Shown piece by piece: positions 58,553 to 64,000 of a DNA stretch of 64,000 bases. Position numbers and translations under genes: made by a program. Location: IMG/VR virus record IMGVR_UViG_3300020166_000747; one strand, written 5' to 3'. Origin of the DNA: a virus. Under the pieces are notes generated by a model. The model did no database searches. It was not told the origin of the DNA and saw only the letters and a program-made list of their open reading frames with translations. Position 1 is the first letter of the stretch. The number at the start of each line of letters is the position of its first letter.

Positions 58553-61500
58553 ATGAGTATAACAAAGGTAAGCAAGTTTGTACTAGAAGATAACAGTGTT
58601 TCGTTATCCAAACTAGATACAACTAGTGCATTTGAAGGGCAAATTTTAGCAGTTGGTGCAGGTAACACTCTACAATTTGAAGATAAACTTGTAACAGAGG
58701 ATGTTGAAGATATTGTAGCGGGTTTAATCCTACGAGGAAATCACACTAATATCTCAGTCTCGTATGTAGATGGTACGAACCAACTTAACTTGAATGCAAG
58801 CGGAGCGGTTACAAGTGTAAACACTCAGACCGGAGCAGTGGTTTTAGACACAGATAATATAAATGAAGGTGCAGGAAATCTTTATTATACAGATGCTAGA
58901 TTTAATACTGCACTTGGACTAAAAACTACAGATAATCTTTCTGAAGGTACGCTCAACCTGTACTTTACAGATCAAAGAGTACACGATGCAATTAGTGTCA
59001 CTGATTTAAGTGGAGACGGTTCTCTTACATATTCAAACGGTATTATCACATATACCGGCCCATCAGCAAATGAAGTCCGCGCCCATTTCTCAGCCGGAAC
59101 CGGCGTTTCTATTTCAAATGGGGAAATCTCAATCGGACAGGATGTATCTCCTTCAAGTAACGTGGTATTCAATGATATTAATGCAACTAACAATGTTATT
59201 ATTGACGGCAACTTAACTGTATCTGGTACAACGACTACTGTATTCTCCGAAACAACACGTATCAATGAAAACTTATTATACCTTAACGAAGGCGGAGAAA
59301 CGACAATCACTGGTGCCGTCGGTAATGGCACAACAGTAACATATACTGCGGACAATACATATAGTTTAGGTTATACAGTTGATATTACGGGTGTAAATCC
59401 AAGTAGCTTTAACATTGAAGATGGTATAGTTACTGCGGCAGATGCCACATCATTTACTATTACAAGCTCAGTCACAGATACATATGTATCAGGTGGTGAA
59501 TCATATGGACATGCGCATGTTAACGCAGACTTAGGTTGGGTAGGTGCATACGATGACGGAACATACGCACACAGTGGTTTATTCAGAGATGCATCAGACG
59601 GTGTATTTAAAATCTTTGATAGTTATACTGTTGAGCCAAGCGACAGTTCGAATATTAACATAGCACATGCGTCTTATAATTCAGCATCTATGCTTGTAGA
59701 TAATTTAACAGCAGAAGGTAACATTTCAGCAACAAATATTTCAGGTGATGGTACAAACATCACTAACGTTCTTACAAACTATACAACTACAAATCTGGTA
59801 GAAGGAACAAATCTATATTTTACAGATGAAAGAGTAGATGACAGAGTTGCTGCATTGATGACTCCAGGTACAAATATCACTATGCAGTACGATGATATTG
59901 CTGGCACGTTTACAATAAATGCAAATGGTTTAACAGGTAATACTACAGATGATTTACTTGAAGGCGCAAGTAACCTGTACCATACAAATGAACGTGTCGA
60001 TGACCGTGTCGCAGACCTACTAGTCGCTGGTAATAATATTACATTAACTTATAACGATACTGCTGGAACAATAACAATCGATGGCATCGAAGATGATTTT
60101 TCAAATAATACTACTGATAATCTTTCTGAAGGTGCAACAAACTTATACTTCACTGATGAACGTGCGCAAGATGCAGTTGCATCAGCACTAGTAGCAGGCA
60201 CCAATACTAATATTGTTTATGATGACAATGCTAATACTATCACTATTTCTGCAACACCAACAGGCGGCTTTGATTTATCACAGAACACAACAGATGATTT
60301 AACAGAAGGTTCAACGAATCTTTATTATACAGATGCACGTGTTAGAGAAGCGTTAACTGTAGTAGACACAAGTGAGTTTGATACCTTCTCGTTTGATGAA
60401 AATACTGGCGTGATTTCACATCAAGGTGTTTCTACATCAGATATTAGACAGACGCTAACTGGCGGAACTGGGGTAATTTATAACAATACGACTGGCGAAA
60501 TCTCAATTGGACAAGACGTTGGTATAGCTGCTGACGTGCAGTTTGCGAATATGGTTTTAACTGGTAATCTAACAGTTACTGGCGCATATACAGTTGTAAA
60601 TACTGAAACAATAAATCTTGCGGATAATATTCTTCTATTAAACTCAAATGAAACTGGAGTACCAACACAATCAGGTGGTATTGAAATTGAACGTGGTACT
60701 GACTTAAATGTGTCATTCTTGTGGAATGAAGGCAGTGATTATTGGTCACTGGGTGCTGAGAACTTATTCACTAGTGGTACGTTCTTAGGAGATTTACAAG
60801 GTAATGTAATTGGTAATGTTACTGGTCAAATCACAGATATTTCCAATCATGTGACTGATGACCTATCAGAAGGTTTTAGTAACTTATATTGGACAGATAC
60901 GCGCTTTAATGATGCATTTGAAGGAAAAGATTCAGATGACCTGTCTGAAGGTATAACAAATCTTTATTGGACAATCCCGCGCGGTCGAGGCGCAATAAGT
61001 GCAACTGGTGACTTGACTTATAATAGTGGCACTGGTGTTGTGCATTTTAATTTAACAGAACATACAACCAGTGAGTTGCCTGAAGGTACAAACTTATATT
61101 ATACCGAAGCGAGAGCGGATACACGTGTTGATGTTTTAAGAACAGACTTAGCAACATCTGGTGATGCAAACGTACATTTCGATAATATTTCAAACGTGCC
61201 CGCAGTAACAAAAGATGTTCTGACTGGTGACAATACAAATGCTACATTCAACCTAAGCGCAACACCAGGAAATGCAGATGCAGTAATCGTAACTATGAAC
61301 GGTGTCACTCAGATGCCAGGTTCAGATTATTCAGTTACCGGCTCTACGATTACATTTACAACGACCCCACCTGCAGGACAGATAATTCTGGTTCGACATG
61401 TTGGTTACCAAATTGTAGGCTCAGTAGCAGATAACGATTTGTCACTGACTGGTGGCACAATGAGCGGTTCAATTCTTGTTAATGCAGATAATCAATATGA

Positions 61501-61939
61501 CTTGGGTAGTACAACTAACCAATGGCGTACTATTTATGGACATGAAATTGAAGCTACGTTTGCTGACCTTGCAGAACGCTATGCGTCCGATGCTCCGTAT
61601 ACAGTCGGCACTGTTGTTATATATGGCGGTGAAGCAGAAATCACAACAACAGTAGATGAAATGGATGTTTCTGTAGCTGGTATTATATCTGGTTCACCTG
61701 CACTTAAAATGAATTCAGCAGCAGGTAATTCACAAACTCACCCATATGTTGCCCTTAAAGGTCGAGTCCCTTGTCAGGTAATTGGACCAGTAACAAAGGG
61801 TGATTTGTTAGTGACATCATCAACTCCAGGCTTTGCGAAATCAGTAGGCAAACGAGATTTAGGTCTAGCTGTACTTGCTAAAGCACTCGAAACTAATTTA
61901 GATGACGGTAGAAAAATGGTTGAAGTTGCGGTTGTTTAG
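58553..61939 (+). CDS. Long fibre-like virion protein with TDDL.EG..NLY.T..R repeats and ADLAE/GRVP C-terminus
   Basis: Nine copies of the EG..NLY motif; FADLAERY...ALKGRVPCQV. Confidence 0.7.
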   Translation: MSITKVSKFVLEDNSVSLSKLDTTSAFEGQILAVGAGNTLQFEDKLVTEDVEDIVAGLILRGNHTNISVSYVDGTNQLNLNASGAVTSVNTQTGAVVLDTDNINEGAGNLYYTDARFNTALGLKTTDNLSEGTLNLYFTDQRVHDAISVTDLSGDGSLTYSNGIITYTGPSANEVRAHFSAGTGVSISNGEISIGQDVSPSSNVVFNDINATNNVIIDGNLTVSGTTTTVFSETTRINENLLYLNEGGETTITGAVGNGTTVTYTADNTYSLGYTVDITGVNPSSFNIEDGIVTAADATSFTITSSVTDTYVSGGESYGHAHVNADLGWVGAYDDGTYAHSGLFRDASDGVFKIFDSYTVEPSDSSNINIAHASYNSASMLVDNLTAEGNISATNISGDGTNITNVLTNYTTTNLVEGTNLYFTDERVDDRVAALMTPGTNITMQYDDIAGTFTINANGLTGNTTDDLLEGASNLYHTNERVDDRVADLLVAGNNITLTYNDTAGTITIDGIEDDFSNNTTDNLSEGATNLYFTDERAQDAVASALVAGTNTNIVYDDNANTITISATPTGGFDLSQNTTDDLTEGSTNLYYTDARVREALTVVDTSEFDTFSFDENTGVISHQGVSTSDIRQTLTGGTGVIYNNTTGEISIGQDVGIAADVQFANMVLTGNLTVTGAYTVVNTETINLADNILLLNSNETGVPTQSGGIEIERGTDLNVSFLWNEGSDYWSLGAENLFTSGTFLGDLQGNVIGNVTGQITDISNHVTDDLSEGFSNLYWTDTRFNDAFEGKDSDDLSEGITNLYWTIPRGRGAISATGDLTYNSGTGVVHFNLTEHTTSELPEGTNLYYTEARADTRVDVLRTDLATSGDANVHFDNISNVPAVTKDVLTGDNTNATFNLSATPGNADAVIVTMNGVTQMPGSDYSVTGSTITFTTTPPAGQIILVRHVGYQIVGSVADNDLSLTGGTMSGSILVNADNQYDLGSTTNQWRTIYGHEIEATFADLAERYASDAPYTVGTVVIYGGEAEITTTVDEMDVSVAGIISGSPALKMNSAAGNSQTHPYVALKGRVPCQVIGPVTKGDLLVTSSTPGFAKSVGKRDLGLAVLAKALETNLDDGRKMVEVAVV

Positions 61940-61991
61940 TGTTATAATACGTTTATAAATTAACTATAAATTAAACTCAAATGGTGTTTAC

Positions 61992-61999
61992 GATAAATA
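61992..61999 (+). promoter_or_regulatory. Late promoter GATAAATA
   Basis: Intergenic TAAATA core followed by a 12-bp leader hairpin. Confidence 0.65.
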
Positions 62000-62074
62000 C
62001 TATTAGATAATGCTGATCCCCTATTCCAGTGTTGTCTATAACAAATCGATTTATATATAGACGGGAGAAATAAT

Positions 62075-64000
62075 ATGGCTGCATATGCAATCCAATTCCG
62101 CCGTGGTAATACTACTCAACATAACTCTTTCACAGGTCTTCTGGGTGAGGTTACAGTTGATACAGACAAGAAAACTCTTGTCGTACACGACGGCTCAACA
62201 ACAGGTGGTTTTCCACTAGCACGTGAAGGTGCTGCGTCAACGGCTTCATCAGGTTCATTTACATCAAATGTGACTATTGGTGGAACACTAGCAGTAACTT
62301 CAACTGCATCATTCTCGGATGATGTTTCAATCACAGGTGACCTAGGTATGACAGGTCACATCATTCCATCAGCAAACATTACATATGATCTAGGTTCAAT
62401 GACACATATGTGGCGCGATGTGTATGTTGGTCCTGGCTCACTTTATGTTAACGGTAAAAAAGTTATCGAAGACAATGCTGGTACAATCAACATTACAACT
62501 GATATCAACCAAAACCTAAAAATTGAAACAACAGGTACTGGTACTCTACAACTTTCATCAGCATCAGGTATTTCTGTAAATGGTGAAGTAAATGCACTAA
62601 CAGGCGATCTACATTTTGGCGATCACCTAGATATGAATTCAAATCGTATCAAAAACGTTTCAGCACCGGTAGACGGCGCAGATTCAGCAAACAAAACATA
62701 TGTTGATTCAGCAATCTCATCTGGTCTGTCAGGCGGCACACTAGCAGTTGACGCAACAACAGGTGACTTCTCAGGCGATGTTACAGTTGGTGGTTCACTA
62801 ACAGTTACAGGTACAGTAACAACAGTTAACTCAGAGACAATTGAACTAGCAGATAACATTCTTCTACTAAATTCAAATACTCTAGGTGCCGCATCACAAT
62901 CAGGTGGTATCGAAGTAGAACGCGGCGATGATCTAAACGTTCAGCTACTTTGGGACGAAACAAACGACCGTTGGAGTGTAGGCGCAGAAGACTTTAAAGC
63001 GGCTAACTTTATTGGTGACCTAACGGGTGATGTAACTGGTACAGTCTCTTCATTATTAAATCATGATACTGATGACCTAGCAGAAACAGGTACAAACCGC
63101 TACTTCACACCATCACGTGAGGCGGCAGTAAATGCATATGCAGACCAAGCAGAAGTAGATGCAACAGCAGCAGCAAACACATACACAGACACACGTGAAA
63201 CTGCAATTACATCAGCATACCAGTCATATGCAGATACGACAGGATCAGATGCAGTTGCATCAGCAGAAGCAAAAGATCAAGCACGTGCTGTAGCAGCAAA
63301 TGCATACGCAGACCAAGCAGAAGCAGATGCAATCGCATCAGCAAACGCATATACAGACCAAGCAGAAGCAGATGCGGTAGCATCAGCAAACGCATATACA
63401 GACCAAGCAGAAGCAGATGCGGTAGCATCAGCAAACGCATACGCAGACCAAGCAGAAGCAGATGCAGTTGCATCAGCAGAAGCAAAAGACGTGGTACGTG
63501 CAGCAGCAGCAAATGCATACGCAGACCAAGCAGAAGCAGATGCAATCGCATCAGCGGAAGCAAAAGACGTAGTACGTGCAACAGCAGCAAATGCATATGC
63601 AGACCAAGCAGAAGCAGATGCAAACGCATATACTGATACACGTGAAACTGCAATTACATCAGCATACCAGTCATATGCGGACCAAGCAGAAGCAGATGCG
63701 GTAGCATCAGCAAACGCATACGCAGACCAAGCAGAAGCAGATGCAATCGCATCGGCAGAAGCTAAAGATGTAGTACGTGCAACAGCAGCAAATGCATACG
63801 CAGACCAAGCAGAAGCAGATGCAATCGCATCAGCGGAAGCAAAAGACGTAGTACGTGCGGCAGCAGCGGCATTAGACGCAACTACTAAAGCAGACCAAGC
63901 ACTAGTAGACGCTAAAACATATGCAGATACAGCAGAAGCAGATGCAATTGCATCAGCAAATGCTTACACAGATGGTCGTGAAACAGCTATCACAACTGCT
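62075..64000 (+). CDS. Partial fibre protein (3' end outside window): Mtd-N-like head then Ala-rich coiled-coil stalk; absent from the ORF track
   Basis: GGGAG RBS; MAAYAIQFRRGNTTQHNSFTGLLGEVTVDTDKKTLVVHDGSTTGGFPLA resembles the major-tropism-determinant N-terminal domain; the repeat region is in frame with this start. Confidence 0.8.
   Translation, partial: MAAYAIQFRRGNTTQHNSFTGLLGEVTVDTDKKTLVVHDGSTTGGFPLAREGAASTASSGSFTSNVTIGGTLAVTSTASFSDDVSITGDLGMTGHIIPSANITYDLGSMTHMWRDVYVGPGSLYVNGKKVIEDNAGTINITTDINQNLKIETTGTGTLQLSSASGISVNGEVNALTGDLHFGDHLDMNSNRIKNVSAPVDGADSANKTYVDSAISSGLSGGTLAVDATTGDFSGDVTVGGSLTVTGTVTTVNSETIELADNILLLNSNTLGAASQSGGIEVERGDDLNVQLLWDETNDRWSVGAEDFKAANFIGDLTGDVTGTVSSLLNHDTDDLAETGTNRYFTPSREAAVNAYADQAEVDATAAANTYTDTRETAITSAYQSYADTTGSDAVASAEAKDQARAVAANAYADQAEADAIASANAYTDQAEADAVASANAYTDQAEADAVASANAYADQAEADAVASAEAKDVVRAAAANAYADQAEADAIASAEAKDVVRATAANAYADQAEADANAYTDTRETAITSAYQSYADQAEADAVASANAYADQAEADAIASAEAKDVVRATAANAYADQAEADAIASAEAKDVVRAAAAALDATTKADQALVDAKTYADTAEADAIASANAYTDGRETAITTA
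63130..64000 (+). repeat. Intragenic tandem repeats of 45 bp (15 aa) and 78 bp (15+11 aa)
   Basis: AYADQAEADAIASAN units at 63302, 63347, 63392 and 63437; next copy at 63515 after an 11-aa EAKDVVRAAAA-type insert. Confidence 0.9.

Noticed and set aside
54899-64000. Diversity-generating retroelement suggested by the Mtd-N-like domain and duplicated C-terminal sequences
   Set aside because: No reverse transcriptase in the window; both copies are coding and differ mostly at synonymous positions, not adenine-specifically.
56842-64000. CRISPR-like arrays
   Set aside because: Repeats are in-frame multiples of 3 inside ORFs, with no unique spacers and no cas genes.
1-64000. Stop-codon reassignment as seen in some jumbo phages
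   Set aside because: Core genes are full length in the standard code, and TAA, TAG and TGA all terminate genes.
1-64000. tRNA/rRNA genes, integrase or IS elements
   Set aside because: None recognised; intergenic gaps other than 43143-43316 and 44450-45117 are short and explained by promoters or terminators.

Overview
64-kb segment of a large, AT-rich T4-like (probably jumbo) myovirus genome; standard genetic code, no host chromosomal genes evident. Left to right: (i) 1-12.9 kb, an enzyme island with six tandem radical-SAM genes plus several glycosyltransferase-like genes, mostly one minus-strand operon behind a perfect sigma70 promoter; (ii) 13-38.5 kb, the baseplate module (two paralogous structural genes, a 2995-aa protein, gp6, gp25, gp5-like spike, lysozyme-fused hub, gp53, tube-initiator-like), interrupted by a plus-strand SGNH/hypothetical/clpP insert; (iii) 38.6-44.5 kb, gp55 late sigma factor, gp47, an SDR, gp46, small Hc1-like and SutA-like proteins, a candidate sRNA and a GIY-YIG nuclease; (iv) 44.5-45.1 kb, a non-coding, hairpin-dense region that looks like a large structured ncRNA; (v) a gp26-like chaperone with a candidate programmed -1 frameshift, divergent from a tape-measure-like gene; (vi) portal, acidic core protein, prohead protease, scaffold, major capsid protein; (vii) four repeat-rich fibre-like genes, the last running off the window. 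Best novelty candidates: the ~420-550 nt structured RNA, the radical-SAM/glycosyltransferase island, the ~110-nt anti-SD-like sRNA and the frameshift. All protein calls rest on motif recognition and synteny, not database searches.
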